Positions 47,444 to 58,155 are shown, counted from the stretch's first letter. The stretch is 64,000 bases of DNA from Candidatus Falkowbacteria bacterium (GCA_003518055.1 DOZJ01000006.1:43837-107836), one strand, 5' to 3'. The notes: generated by a model from the letters alone, not told the origin. A program made the numbers and translations.

Positions 47444-50400
47444 ATGGTGAAGATGAAAAAAAGGTTGGTGATATTAACCGGAATATTATTTATTTTTGTT
47501 TTTGGCGTAAGCTTTTTTTTAATTGATCGGACGGAGGCGTTGGTAACAAATGGCGCGAACGCGGTCAATCTGGTTGGACAGTATAGTGACGCGGGTGCGG
47601 TTGATTATACAAAGTCGGGAATCAATAATGGTCCGAATAATGAGGGGGTGAACACGCCGAATTTTTCGATTTTGGATGAACAAAATGATATATTTTTTGT
47701 TATTGATCAGGCGAATAATCGAGTGCTCGGTTATCAAGTGGATGCGGGGAATAATTTTGTTGATTATCAAGCCGATTATGTTCTCGGTCAGACGGATTTT
47801 AGCTCGGCGGATGAAGCAGATTCAGCCACGCAAGCAAATTTTTCCAATCCGAGCGGCTTGGCGATCGATCAGGGTGGCAGTAGGTTATTCGTGGCTGACG
47901 CCGGATTTAATCGAATTTTGATTTTTAATACTGACAGCATCGCGACCAACATGAATGCCAGTTTTGTTTTGGGGCAGGCTAATTTTACCGCGTCTGAGGC
48001 GGCTACGACGCAGGCCGGTTTGAGTTCACCGGAAGGGATTCATTTTGATGAAACTGATAACTTGTTGTATGTCGCGGATAAGAGCAATAACCGCGTTTTG
48101 ATTTACAGCGTGGCGGTCGGGACGGTTTCTAATGGTATGACTGCGTCGTATGTTTTGGGGCAGGCTAATTTTGTAAGTTCAGGGGCAGCGACTACTGCGG
48201 TGGGCTTGTCTGGTCCGACTGATGTTGATTACGCGAGTGATAATGATCATTTGTTTATCGCTGATGAAGGTAATAACCGAGTGATTATTCATAGTATTAC
48301 TCTGGAAGCTCCAATTGCTGACGGCCGGACGGCTGACAAGGTGTTTGGCCAGAGCAATTTTACATCTGGTGGCACTGGTAATGGGGCGGATCAGTTCAGT
48401 TCGCCATTTAGTGTGGCGGTTGATATTGCGAATGATCGGTTGTTTGTGACTGATCATGGTAACACGAGAATTCAATCTTTTGAGATTGCCACGATTGACA
48501 ACACGGAGAACGCGGCTGCTTCTTTGACTAGCATGACATCAAAAGCTCTGTTTTACATGGGTGTCAATGAATCGTTGGTGGTTGGTGAGCTTGAAGAACA
48601 TCGGGTGGCGAGGTATGACGCGGTGGTTTTGACACCGGGAGAATCGCCGGTAGAGGTTATTGGTCGAGTTGATGGCAGCGGCGATGATATTATTTCGGCT
48701 GATAATAACGCTAACAACGGCGCGAATAAATTGGGTTTGAGTGTTATTGGTGGAAGCGCGATTGATACCACCAATCATAGATTATTTGTCAGCGACACCA
48801 GTCATGATCGAGTTTTGGTTTATAATTTGACCGCTGGTGATATTTTGGCTGATTATACGCCGGATAATATTTTGGGCAAGACGGATTTTTATGACGCCAG
48901 CCAGACTGTTGTGACAGGATTGAATCCAGAGCAAAAAATTACTCAGCCCGGAGCTTTGGTTTATGAACAAGATACAAATTATTTATATGTGGCTGATAAT
49001 CGGCGGATTTTAGTCTTTAACGCGGCCAGTATTACTGACGGCGAGGCGGCGATAAATGTTTTGTGTCAAACCGCGTTCGCGAATATGGTTGACTCAACGG
49101 GGCAGGCTGAATGTTCGTCAGTCTCGGGTTTGGCCATAGATGAAACCAATAATCGATTGTTTGCTTCAGACGCCAGTGTCAGCCGCGTGATGGTTTTTGA
49201 CGTGGCGGAAATCGTTGATGGTGAAAACGCCACATATGTTTTGGGTCAGGGGCATTTCGGTGGTAGCGGAGTGGCTACGACTCAAGCAGGTTTGTCGGCG
49301 CCGAAAGGGTTGGCGTATGATTCAACGCAGGAGTATTTATTTGCCGCTGACAGCGGCAATAACCGAGTTGTTGTATATGATGTGGATACGATTTCCAATG
49401 GCGAAGACGCAGCCGCGGTTTTGGGGCAGGTTAACTATACTTCGTCCGGGGCTGATACGGATCGTAATTCTTTGAGTAATCCTTCGGCCGTTAGTGTCGA
49501 TACTAGCAATGGGCTGCTTCATGTGGCTGATACCACTAATAATCGGGTATTGTTTTTTGATGTTAATACTATTGCCAATGGTGAGTCGGCTCAATATGTT
49601 TTGGGCCAAAGTGGTTTTACAACCGCTACGGCCGCGACCACCCGGGCCGGTTTGAATACGCCGACAACGATTACTTTTAACTCTGGTTCGGATCGGATTT
49701 TGGTTGGAGATTCAGTCAATTATCGGATTATGGCGTTTGACGCGTCAATGACGACGAATAATGATCCAGCAACTCCGACTTTGAGCTCTCCGGCTGATTC
49801 AGCTGCCAGTGTGGCGATCAGACCGACGTGGCAGTTCTCGGCCACCGACGCTGATTCTGACGCCTTGTATTATGAATTGGAATTATCGGATACTACGACA
49901 TTTTATAATGTATTGTATCGGTTTGATTTGCGTGAAGATTATAAAGGATGGTCTCAGGTGTCAGCGTATGATTCTGGGGCTAGCGCGTCATTTATTCTGC
50001 CGGTCGGGGCAGCGCTTTCAACCAACACGACTTATTACTGGCGAGTGAGGGTGATTGACGTTCAGGGCGGCGTGTCGAGCTACAGCTCAGTGCGCAGTTT
50101 TACCACGGTGGATAATAGTACCACGGTTGATTACGCGGACACATTTGACAGCTCGGCTTATTTGGATACAACGAATACTACCGCGAAATATTATGATAAG
50201 GAAAATATTTCTATCCCCGCCACCTTTACTATAGGTTCGGCCGCAGCTATGTTCGGGGCGGGGGAAACAGTCGCGATGGTGGCTTTTGACGCGGATAATG
50301 ACGGTGATATCGATGTGGCGGTAAAAAATGAAGCTGGCACTACTAGTACCGTTTATATGAATAACGGCTCCGGAGTTTTTAGCGGCGGTGATACGCTCAA

Positions 50401-53400
50401 CGATTCAGTGGAGTCGGACAGGGCTTATATGGAATTTTTGTTCGCGGCCGATGTGGAGCTTGATGGTGATTTGGATATATTGGATCGTGACGGTTATATA
50501 TATACAAATGACGGCAGCGGTAATTTTACGGCGACAGACGGTCCTGATACTGGCGCGATTGGTGATTTTAATAATGATGGCTATATTGACGTGGTGGAGC
50601 CGAAGGCTGGTGGTGAGACAAAATTCATTTATATTAATGACGGCGAGGGTAATTTTACGGCGCTGAGTCCCAATCCCTTCGCGGATATTTCGGCGGACGT
50701 GATAAGTGATGCGTATGTTTTTGATATTGATCGCGACGGTTGGCTTGATATTGTCACGAATAATCAGAGCGGAACCAGCCGATTGTTTTTGAATGATGGG
50801 GATTTGACTTTTACTCAGAGTACACCGTGGGCAGCGGCAAATCTTACAAGGGTGGAGTTTGCGGATTTTGACGGCGACGGAGACATTGATTTGTTTGGAT
50901 TGCATCAGGGAATTGGTAAGGGTGTGTGGTTTAATGATGGCACAGGGTTGTTTTCGTCAAGAAATGCGGTTTCGACTGATTGTTATTTCCAAAATTTACA
51001 TTCGGTGGACTTGGAGGGTGACGGTGATCAAGATGTTTTGTGCGCGAGCGGAACCGCTACGAATTATTATTTGAGAAACAAAGGAAATGGAACATTTGAA
51101 ACTCAGGTGGCGGCTTTTGGGTCCAGCGGCACCTCAACTATCATTACCGCAGACGTTGATGGCGACGGAGATCAGGATGTTTTGGTTGGTAATGGTGATG
51201 GTGGTGAGAACCCGGTGGTCAATATTCAAAATTATTTATACAAAACAAGCGCGAATAGAATAATCTCGGCGACAGCTTTGGATGCGGATACAAATGTCAG
51301 GGCGGCTTTTGATTCAGATAATGACGGTGATGTTGATTTGTTTGCGACCGAGACGGAAAATGATTCAGGGCGTTTGTGGATCAATGATGGCGACCAGTCG
51401 TATACCGAACAAACGGGGTTTTCGGATTATGTATCCACGTTAGAGGCCGCGGATGTGGATGGTGATGGAGATCTGGATATGGTAGAGGGGCTTAATGGTT
51501 TTAGTGATAAATTGTGGCTTAATAACGGCTCCAATTCATTTACCAATATGGGGACGTTGTTTGGCGCCAATGATTATAACGCCACAGTAATCAAATCCGG
51601 AGATGTGGATAATGATGATGATATTGATTTCCTCTTTGTGTATGAATCTCAAATTCCAGAGATTTGTTTAAATGATGGCACCGGGTTGGTTTATACTTGT
51701 TCTAACGTGGATACATCAAGTTCGGATACCCGGACAGGGGCGGATTTTGGCGATGTGAATAAAGACGGTGTATTGGATTTGGTTATTAATTATGAATCAA
51801 ATGTAGTTAAGGTCTATACCGGTGATGGTGATGGCACATTCACCAGTTCGGCGACAATTTCATCGGATAATGGTCGTCTGGATTTGGGTGATTTGGATAA
51901 TGACGGGGATTTGGATTTTTTGGTTGGCACCGGCACGCCCGGAATGACAGCGTATTTGAACAACGGCAGCGGTAGTTTTGAATCCGGAGTTTCGATCACA
52001 ACGTGCGGCAACCGCGGATATTCTTTGGTTGATATGAATCGTGATGGCAAATTGGACATCTTGATCGCGTGCAATTCGGGGAATTCTCAACTGTGGGAGA
52101 ACCACGGCTATATGAGTTTTGTGAAACAGGCGTCATTGCTGGCTGACGGCGGCACAGTTAAATATTTTGTCTCAGCTGATTATGATCTTGATGGGGATAT
52201 GGATGTTTGGTCGGTTCGAGATGAGGCGGGCGCGGAAAACGGCTATCGTTTTGATCAAAAACAAACATATACGGCCAGTACGGAGTATTTGGTTTATTCG
52301 GGGACGATTGACACGGCGGTGGCGGCGAATACGTTCAAATCTGCAATTTTGTCTTCTGATGATTATACTCCCAGCGGAGCGAGCATTTTGTATTATATGG
52401 CCACTCAAGGGGCTGATTATCAATGGCTTGTAAGAAACGTAGGGACGACAGCTAATTTGTACGCCACGGCAGTCTATGGCTCCGTTGATGAGGCGGCTTA
52501 TGGCGATGTGGTCGGATCATCAGGGGTTTATTACAGTACGGCGGATACCGGAGCGACTTGGTCGAATACGAATTTTGGGATTACTGAGACGATTTTTGAT
52601 ATTATTGCGGTAGTTGAGGATGCGCCTTTATTTGTCGGGGCGAGTGGTTTGGTTTATGACGCCGGTTCAGTCACGGAAACTTGTTTGTCTGGAGAAGTTC
52701 GGATTACTGGTAATAATTTAAATGATTTATCAAATTATGTGTCGGGTGAAACGACCAAGGCGTACGCGGTTGGATCCGCTGGCACGGCTATTGGAATCGA
52801 TTTGTCCGGTTATCCAACGATTGCGTGTTCGGCCCTGACTACCGGCGTGGCAACCAATTTGAACGGAGTCGATATTATTGCGGGTGATCAGACAGATATT
52901 GTGACTGTTGGTGATCGGGTTGATGGCGGCAATGGTTTGATTCTGACGTCGACTGATAATGGTGCCAATTGGACGGTCCGAGCCAGTGGAGTGGCTCAAA
53001 ATTTGAATGCAGTTACGGCCGATACGGCGTCCGGTTTGATGATTGCTGTTGGCGATGGTGGTACAATAATCCGATCCACCGATTCCGGAGTGAACTGGAC
53101 AGGCGTGACTTCTGGTACGGCAGAAAATATCAATGATGTTATATTTAAATTTGAAGATTCAACAGAAGTTTGGGCGGCCGCTGATAACGATAAAGTTTTA
53201 TTGAGTACTGATTCAGGCGTAACTTGGACTGTAATCAGCACCTTATCCGGCGTCGATTGGTATGCCGTGGCTGAAAAAGACGGAGCGGTGTTTGTGGCCG
53301 GAGAGGCCGGCAAGATGATTGTCTATGATGATTACGCTATTTCATGGGAGGGACCGATTGTGAACGGTAATAATTTGAATTTTGGCGATGCTGGAACCAT

Positions 53401-56400
53401 CTTGCAGTGGAAGGCGGTCATGACAACAACCAATGTGAATAATCCGCCGTTAATCAGGGCGATGACCATAGATTACAATACAACAGTGGTGGGCGGTTCA
53501 AGCCAGCCAGCCACACCGGATGAGGAACCGGTCCAAACAGCCCCGACCGCTCCGGCGGTTGGCAGCGCGGTGGTTCTGTCGGCTGATTCGATTCGATGGA
53601 CATTTACCGATACGTCAAATAATGAAACCGGGTTTCGACTCTATGATGAAAACGGAGTTTTGATCAATCAGGTGGCGACAGCGAATTTGAGTTTTATTTT
53701 GGAAGAAACTTTGACACCGAATACCAGATATAATCGGTTTGTCACTTCATATAATGATAGTGGGGAGAGCGAAAGGGTTGATTTGGGCGTGTTTTATACT
53801 CTATCAGCTCAACCGGTGATAAATAATATATACGTGACATCTGACACTTCGGTAGCGATGGAGCTCGGTGAAAACGGCAATTCGGCTGATACTTTATATG
53901 CGATTTATGAAACCGTTACCAATCAATGGGTGCAAATAAACGGCAAGTTAGGAACTGGACGATTTGATCGAACATATGCTTCTTGGGTGGATAATGGGGT
54001 TGTGCCGATTGTTGATCTGATGAATGGTCAGGAATATGTTTTTTCGGTGGTGGCCAAAAATAGCGCCAATCAAGATTCTCAATATTCAAATTCATTTACG
54101 ATAAAAGTGACCAGACCCATCGGGGCTAATGTGGTAGCAACGAAAAAGGTGGGTATAAACTCGGCGGACGGCGATAATTTTGCTCAGGGAATTTTCTTTG
54201 GTACGCCGGTATACGCTTACGGCGGCCGAGCGCAATTGATCAAGACGTTGCCGTTCTTTTCCGAGGTAGCCAATGGTTATTTGGTTGGGGCAATTATCTT
54301 TTTGATAATCTTTATTATCGGTTTGATTTTTAACTCAGCTGATAAATGTGCTTGGTCTGAACGGCTTAGCCGGTTTAGACATACGCCAAAAATTATTTTT
54401 AGCGATTGGCGGTCAAAGCGCGGCGATGATGTTTATGAAATATTAAACGGTCAGAGTGAACCAAAGCTTGGAGACAAATACAAGAAACATCATCGATTGT
54501 ATCGATATACTGGCTTGACGATGACCTGTCTTGTGGTGGGAGTGATTTTGAAAGTGGTGATTGCCGGTTTGATTTTGGTTTTGCTTTATACTAATTTCGG
54601 TGTTCAAGCTTTTACCAATCAAAGTGGAGAGCCGGTGTTTTCAGGTGATGAATTGGTGTATCACATTGAATATGTTAATAACGGTCAGGCGGCAGCGGAA
54701 AATTTGGTGATTACGGATAACCTGCCTCAAGGAACTTCATATATAGTTGGAAGCGTAAATCTTAACGGCCTAGGTCAAACTGATACTGTCGGTGATGATA
54801 GCTGTTCGGCGGTGGCGGGGCATATTGAGTGCCGGGTCGTTTCTCTCGGAGCCAGTGGATCCGGATATATGGAATTCAAGGCCTTGGTGACGGGTGCGAT
54901 TGATGAGGCGGTGATTAATTTCGCTTCAGTTAATTATACTGGATTAGCTTCGCCTCGATCGTCAAATTCAGTCACCAATGTAATTGCCGAGATGCCGATT
55001 GCCGAATGCGCGGATGGAGTTGATAATGACGGTGATAACTTGGTGGATTATCCCCTTGATTATGGTTGCGTGGATGAGAGTGACACCAGTGAGAATTCGG
55101 ATATATTTATTGATCAGGGTCAGGTGGTTGATGTCAGCCTTACCGGAGATTGGAGATATTTCAATATGATGGAAACGGCGACCGCCAGATTTATTCATCG
55201 AAGCGCTTCACACCAAGTAACTCTCATGAATGCCGATAAGGTTGGCAATAAAGTCACATTAATGGTTCAAAGTGCTCCGATAACTGTGAATGTGGCGACT
55301 GGAGGCAATGTTCAGGTCGATACCGATGCTAATGGGGTAAATGATCTTGGTTTGACAGTCTTGGCAGTGATTAGCGAGGATCAAGCGGTGGTTGGATTAC
55401 AAACCATTACCGAACAAGTGTATCAATGCAACGATGGATTGGATAATGATAGTGATGGATTGATTGATTTTGGTGCTGATCTCGGCTGCTCGTCCGCAAC
55501 AGATAATGTTGAATATACCGCCCCTGTGATTCCAGAAGATGTGCCGGAAGAAATACCGGAAGAAATTCCGGAAGAAATACCAGAGGAAACTCCGGATGAA
55601 ACCACGGATAGTACGACTGAGTCCAGCGGTGGTGTTTCTGAATGTAATGATTTGGTCGATAACGATGGTGATGGATTGATCGATTATCCGACTGACGGCG
55701 GCTGTTCAAACGCGTCTGATACCAGCGAGGTTGATGAATTAATTCCAGATAACGTAATTGATACAATTGAAGATTCCCTTGATGATATTAACACGCAGAT
55801 TGATGATTTGAATCGGAGACTTGAGGAGTCAGATTCAGTAACTGAAACAGTTGCTTTGAGTATTGAGAAAACGACAAAACAAATACAAATGATTTCGGTT
55901 GAGACAGCTCAAACCGTGGTGCAGTCAGTGCAGTTTGTCAATGAAAAAGTCTTGAATAATCCGGCGGTAGAATCCGCGACGGCCAAAGCGGCGGCGCCGA
56001 CCATGATAACTTTTACGGCTTTAGGTATAGCTAATGTGGCCACGGCGACTGCCACAGCCGGAGCTGGAGCAGCCAGCGGGTTTGGCGTTCTGACTTATTT
56101 GCAGTATTTTGCAGTTCAGCCGCTGCTCCTCTTCACGCGGAAAAAACGCGAGCGTTGGGGGGTCGTGTATGACGCGATTACCAAACGGCCGGTGCCTTTG
56201 GCGATTGTTAGAATATATGACAAGAATACAGGACGGATTATCGGTACCAAGGTGTCGGATCAGAGTGGTCGTTATCAGTTTATAGTTGATTCGGGTGAGT
56301 ATTATATTGAAATATCCAAAGATCAATATCGATTCCCGTCAGAAATTTTGTACGGGCAGGAGCAGGATGAGAAATATTACGGCTTGTATCACGGTCAAAC

Positions 56401-57064
56401 AATTGTGGCGGATGAAAAATTGGTGTTGAATTATAATGTTCCGATTGATCCGAATAAAAAAGCGCAGGCGCCGGCCAAGGAAATCAGATCAAAAGTATTC
56501 AAACAGACGCAATACGTCTTTTCAATGATTGGGCCGCTTGGGGCATTGTTCTCGTTATTTGTGGCGCCGACTTGGTGGGTGGCTGCTCTATTGGTTGTTC
56601 AATTGTTCTTGATATTCTCTTTCCGAAAGGCGGCGATTCCGGCCAAATTGAAGAATTGGGGCTTGGTTGTTGACAGCGACTCCGGCCAGCCGATAAATCG
56701 TGCGATCGTGAGAATCTTTGACTCCAAGTACAATAAATTATTGGAAAGTCAGGTTACAGGGAGAAAGGGGCGTTATGGCTTCCTTGTAACAAAGAATGAA
56801 TACTATTTGACTACGATCAAGGATGGTTACACTGGATACCGATCAGAAAATATTCCGGTAGTTGATGAAGATGGCGGTTTGATTACCAAGACGGTGGAAT
56901 TAAAGAAAGAATCAAATAGTGTGAAAGGGGATCGGTTGGGTACAGGGTCGTTAGAACAAATAAGATCAGTTGACACCGATCAAACCGAAAAGTTTTCGCA
57001 CGAAAATACTGGCGCAAAACCAAATGGTTTGGACTCGGAGAGTAAAACTGATTCGCAGGCTTAA
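47444..57064 (+). CDS. giant (3206 aa) multi-domain surface protein: NHL propellers, FG-GAP/VCBS repeats, BNR-like propeller, Fn3/Ig, DUF11, Cys-Asp repeats, carboxypeptidase-regulatory-like domains, several TM segments
   Basis: Signal peptide; recurring LFVAD..NNRV/VLGQ.NF, D.DGDGD.D, STD.G.TW and C.DG.DND.DGLID motifs; (PEEI)n tract. Confidence 0.9.
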   Translation: MVKMKKRLVILTGILFIFVFGVSFFLIDRTEALVTNGANAVNLVGQYSDAGAVDYTKSGINNGPNNEGVNTPNFSILDEQNDIFFVIDQANNRVLGYQVDAGNNFVDYQADYVLGQTDFSSADEADSATQANFSNPSGLAIDQGGSRLFVADAGFNRILIFNTDSIATNMNASFVLGQANFTASEAATTQAGLSSPEGIHFDETDNLLYVADKSNNRVLIYSVAVGTVSNGMTASYVLGQANFVSSGAATTAVGLSGPTDVDYASDNDHLFIADEGNNRVIIHSITLEAPIADGRTADKVFGQSNFTSGGTGNGADQFSSPFSVAVDIANDRLFVTDHGNTRIQSFEIATIDNTENAAASLTSMTSKALFYMGVNESLVVGELEEHRVARYDAVVLTPGESPVEVIGRVDGSGDDIISADNNANNGANKLGLSVIGGSAIDTTNHRLFVSDTSHDRVLVYNLTAGDILADYTPDNILGKTDFYDASQTVVTGLNPEQKITQPGALVYEQDTNYLYVADNRRILVFNAASITDGEAAINVLCQTAFANMVDSTGQAECSSVSGLAIDETNNRLFASDASVSRVMVFDVAEIVDGENATYVLGQGHFGGSGVATTQAGLSAPKGLAYDSTQEYLFAADSGNNRVVVYDVDTISNGEDAAAVLGQVNYTSSGADTDRNSLSNPSAVSVDTSNGLLHVADTTNNRVLFFDVNTIANGESAQYVLGQSGFTTATAATTRAGLNTPTTITFNSGSDRILVGDSVNYRIMAFDASMTTNNDPATPTLSSPADSAASVAIRPTWQFSATDADSDALYYELELSDTTTFYNVLYRFDLREDYKGWSQVSAYDSGASASFILPVGAALSTNTTYYWRVRVIDVQGGVSSYSSVRSFTTVDNSTTVDYADTFDSSAYLDTTNTTAKYYDKENISIPATFTIGSAAAMFGAGETVAMVAFDADNDGDIDVAVKNEAGTTSTVYMNNGSGVFSGGDTLNDSVESDRAYMEFLFAADVELDGDLDILDRDGYIYTNDGSGNFTATDGPDTGAIGDFNNDGYIDVVEPKAGGETKFIYINDGEGNFTALSPNPFADISADVISDAYVFDIDRDGWLDIVTNNQSGTSRLFLNDGDLTFTQSTPWAAANLTRVEFADFDGDGDIDLFGLHQGIGKGVWFNDGTGLFSSRNAVSTDCYFQNLHSVDLEGDGDQDVLCASGTATNYYLRNKGNGTFETQVAAFGSSGTSTIITADVDGDGDQDVLVGNGDGGENPVVNIQNYLYKTSANRIISATALDADTNVRAAFDSDNDGDVDLFATETENDSGRLWINDGDQSYTEQTGFSDYVSTLEAADVDGDGDLDMVEGLNGFSDKLWLNNGSNSFTNMGTLFGANDYNATVIKSGDVDNDDDIDFLFVYESQIPEICLNDGTGLVYTCSNVDTSSSDTRTGADFGDVNKDGVLDLVINYESNVVKVYTGDGDGTFTSSATISSDNGRLDLGDLDNDGDLDFLVGTGTPGMTAYLNNGSGSFESGVSITTCGNRGYSLVDMNRDGKLDILIACNSGNSQLWENHGYMSFVKQASLLADGGTVKYFVSADYDLDGDMDVWSVRDEAGAENGYRFDQKQTYTASTEYLVYSGTIDTAVAANTFKSAILSSDDYTPSGASILYYMATQGADYQWLVRNVGTTANLYATAVYGSVDEAAYGDVVGSSGVYYSTADTGATWSNTNFGITETIFDIIAVVEDAPLFVGASGLVYDAGSVTETCLSGEVRITGNNLNDLSNYVSGETTKAYAVGSAGTAIGIDLSGYPTIACSALTTGVATNLNGVDIIAGDQTDIVTVGDRVDGGNGLILTSTDNGANWTVRASGVAQNLNAVTADTASGLMIAVGDGGTIIRSTDSGVNWTGVTSGTAENINDVIFKFEDSTEVWAAADNDKVLLSTDSGVTWTVISTLSGVDWYAVAEKDGAVFVAGEAGKMIVYDDYAISWEGPIVNGNNLNFGDAGTILQWKAVMTTTNVNNPPLIRAMTIDYNTTVVGGSSQPATPDEEPVQTAPTAPAVGSAVVLSADSIRWTFTDTSNNETGFRLYDENGVLINQVATANLSFILEETLTPNTRYNRFVTSYNDSGESERVDLGVFYTLSAQPVINNIYVTSDTSVAMELGENGNSADTLYAIYETVTNQWVQINGKLGTGRFDRTYASWVDNGVVPIVDLMNGQEYVFSVVAKNSANQDSQYSNSFTIKVTRPIGANVVATKKVGINSADGDNFAQGIFFGTPVYAYGGRAQLIKTLPFFSEVANGYLVGAIIFLIIFIIGLIFNSADKCAWSERLSRFRHTPKIIFSDWRSKRGDDVYEILNGQSEPKLGDKYKKHHRLYRYTGLTMTCLVVGVILKVVIAGLILVLLYTNFGVQAFTNQSGEPVFSGDELVYHIEYVNNGQAAAENLVITDNLPQGTSYIVGSVNLNGLGQTDTVGDDSCSAVAGHIECRVVSLGASGSGYMEFKALVTGAIDEAVINFASVNYTGLASPRSSNSVTNVIAEMPIAECADGVDNDGDNLVDYPLDYGCVDESDTSENSDIFIDQGQVVDVSLTGDWRYFNMMETATARFIHRSASHQVTLMNADKVGNKVTLMVQSAPITVNVATGGNVQVDTDANGVNDLGLTVLAVISEDQAVVGLQTITEQVYQCNDGLDNDSDGLIDFGADLGCSSATDNVEYTAPVIPEDVPEEIPEEIPEEIPEETPDETTDSTTESSGGVSECNDLVDNDGDGLIDYPTDGGCSNASDTSEVDELIPDNVIDTIEDSLDDINTQIDDLNRRLEESDSVTETVALSIEKTTKQIQMISVETAQTVVQSVQFVNEKVLNNPAVESATAKAAAPTMITFTALGIANVATATATAGAGAASGFGVLTYLQYFAVQPLLLFTRKKRERWGVVYDAITKRPVPLAIVRIYDKNTGRIIGTKVSDQSGRYQFIVDSGEYYIEISKDQYRFPSEILYGQEQDEKYYGLYHGQTIVADEKLVLNYNVPIDPNKKAQAPAKEIRSKVFKQTQYVFSMIGPLGALFSLFVAPTWWVAALLVVQLFLIFSFRKAAIPAKLKNWGLVVDSDSGQPINRAIVRIFDSKYNKLLESQVTGRKGRYGFLVTKNEYYLTTIKDGYTGYRSENIPVVDEDGGLITKTVELKKESNSVKGDRLGTGSLEQIRSVDTDQTEKFSHENTGAKPNGLDSESKTDSQA

Positions 57065-57081
57065 CCATTATCAGGTAAAGA

Positions 57082-57111
57082 TAAAATCACCGGCTATAAC
57101 CGGTGATTTTT
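57082..57111 (+). terminator. intrinsic terminator after the giant gene
   Basis: aaaatcaccgg-ctataa-ccggtgattttt. Confidence 0.85.
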
Positions 57112-57186
57112 GCATTATCTGAAAACACGTGAAGCAATGGGTCTAAGTGATGTTAAAGCAGATTGAGTTTTGGTGTAAGGCCATGG

Positions 57187-57215
57187 TTGACAGGGGTTTT
57201 TTTTCAAAGTAAGAT
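57187..57215 (+). promoter_or_regulatory. sigma70 promoter of the attenuated SAM hydrolase unit
   Basis: TTGACA-17-TAAGAT. Confidence 0.8.
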
Positions 57216-57234
57216 ATTTGATATACGAAAAATT

Positions 57235-57318
57235 ATGATATTTTTCTCAAACAATCAATCTTTCATGATGGGTATGATGATGAACATGCCGGGTTTTTGT
57301 TTGGGAATTGAGATGTGA
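57235..57318 (+). CDS. methionine-rich attenuator leader peptide (MIFFSNNQSFMMGMMMNMPGFCLGIEM*)
   Basis: 27 codons, 8 of them ATG, 6 within 8 consecutive codons; lies between the promoter and a terminator. Confidence 0.85.
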   Translation: MIFFSNNQSFMMGMMMNMPGFCLGIEM

Positions 57319-57356
57319 AATCTAAGGGTGTTTTAACTGATGGATTCACATCAACT

Positions 57357-57381
57357 TCCCAGACGTCTGGGATGTTTTTTT
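57357..57381 (+). terminator. attenuator terminator
   Basis: tcccagac/gtctggga followed by tg and T7; the 5' arm overlaps an alternative antiterminator helix. Confidence 0.85.
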
Positions 57382-57399
57382 ATAAATAATATAAAGAAT

Positions 57400-58155
57400 A
57401 TGAAATCGATTATTGCGATAGTGTCTGATTTTGGTGATGATTTTGCCGTGGCTCAGCTTGTTGGTGTGATTAAAAAAATAAATCATGAAGCAGAAGTAGT
57501 AATTTTAGCTAATGATATTTCGCCCTTTAATATCGGAGAGGGGGCTTTTGTTTTGGCTGAAGGGAGTAAATATTTCCCACAGGGGACTATCTTTGTCGGG
57601 GTGATTGACCCCGGGGTCGGAACGAGTCGTCGGAGTCTTGTTTTGGAAACAGATAGTGGGTGGTATGTGGGGCCTGATAACGGATTGTTTACCCTGATAA
57701 TCAAGGATCAAAGAATTAAGCGGGTGACCGTGATTCACGAAGACAAAATAAATGAAACTCGAACTGCGACATTTCATGGCAGGGATGTTTTTGCCCATGT
57801 AGCGGCCAAGTTATCTTTGGGGCAGAATCAAAATGATTGGGGGGCAAGTATTCAGATAGGTGAACTGAATCAATTAAAGTTTCGAGACAATGAAATTATA
57901 TATTTTGATTGTTATGGAAATGCTAAGATCAATCAAAATTGTGATCGGTTTAGCTTTGGTGATAAATTGAAAATATCGTGTAAGTCAAAATCGATTGAGG
58001 TTATTTTTGGTAAAACTTTTGGTGACGTGACGGTCGGGGATTTTGTGGCTTATAAAGGGTCAAACAATTGTTTGGAGTTGGCAATTAATCAGGATTCAGT
58101 GCGAGAAAAATTGGGTTTGCGGCTGGGACAGATTTTACAGATTGATAAAGAGTAA
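57400..58155 (+). CDS. DUF62 SAM hydroxide adenosyltransferase (SAM hydrolase; fluorinase/chlorinase superfamily)
   Basis: SDFG, VIDPGVGTSRR, GPDNGL, TFHGRDVFA and D.YGN motifs; Asp-Arg-His triad motifs present. Confidence 0.9.
   Translation: MKSIIAIVSDFGDDFAVAQLVGVIKKINHEAEVVILANDISPFNIGEGAFVLAEGSKYFPQGTIFVGVIDPGVGTSRRSLVLETDSGWYVGPDNGLFTLIIKDQRIKRVTVIHEDKINETRTATFHGRDVFAHVAAKLSLGQNQNDWGASIQIGELNQLKFRDNEIIYFDCYGNAKINQNCDRFSFGDKLKISCKSKSIEVIFGKTFGDVTVGDFVAYKGSNNCLELAINQDSVREKLGLRLGQILQIDKE

Noticed and set aside
57216-57399. SAM riboswitch or T-box upstream of the DUF62 gene; also the ORF-track start at 57340
   Set aside because: No SAM-I/II or T-box consensus is visible, and the Met-rich uORF with alternative helices explains the region. 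ATG 57340 lies inside the attenuator, upstream of the terminator.
57400-58155. Fluorinase or chlorinase
   Set aside because: The DPGVG..R and FHGRD triad motifs point to the hydroxide-using DUF62 branch.
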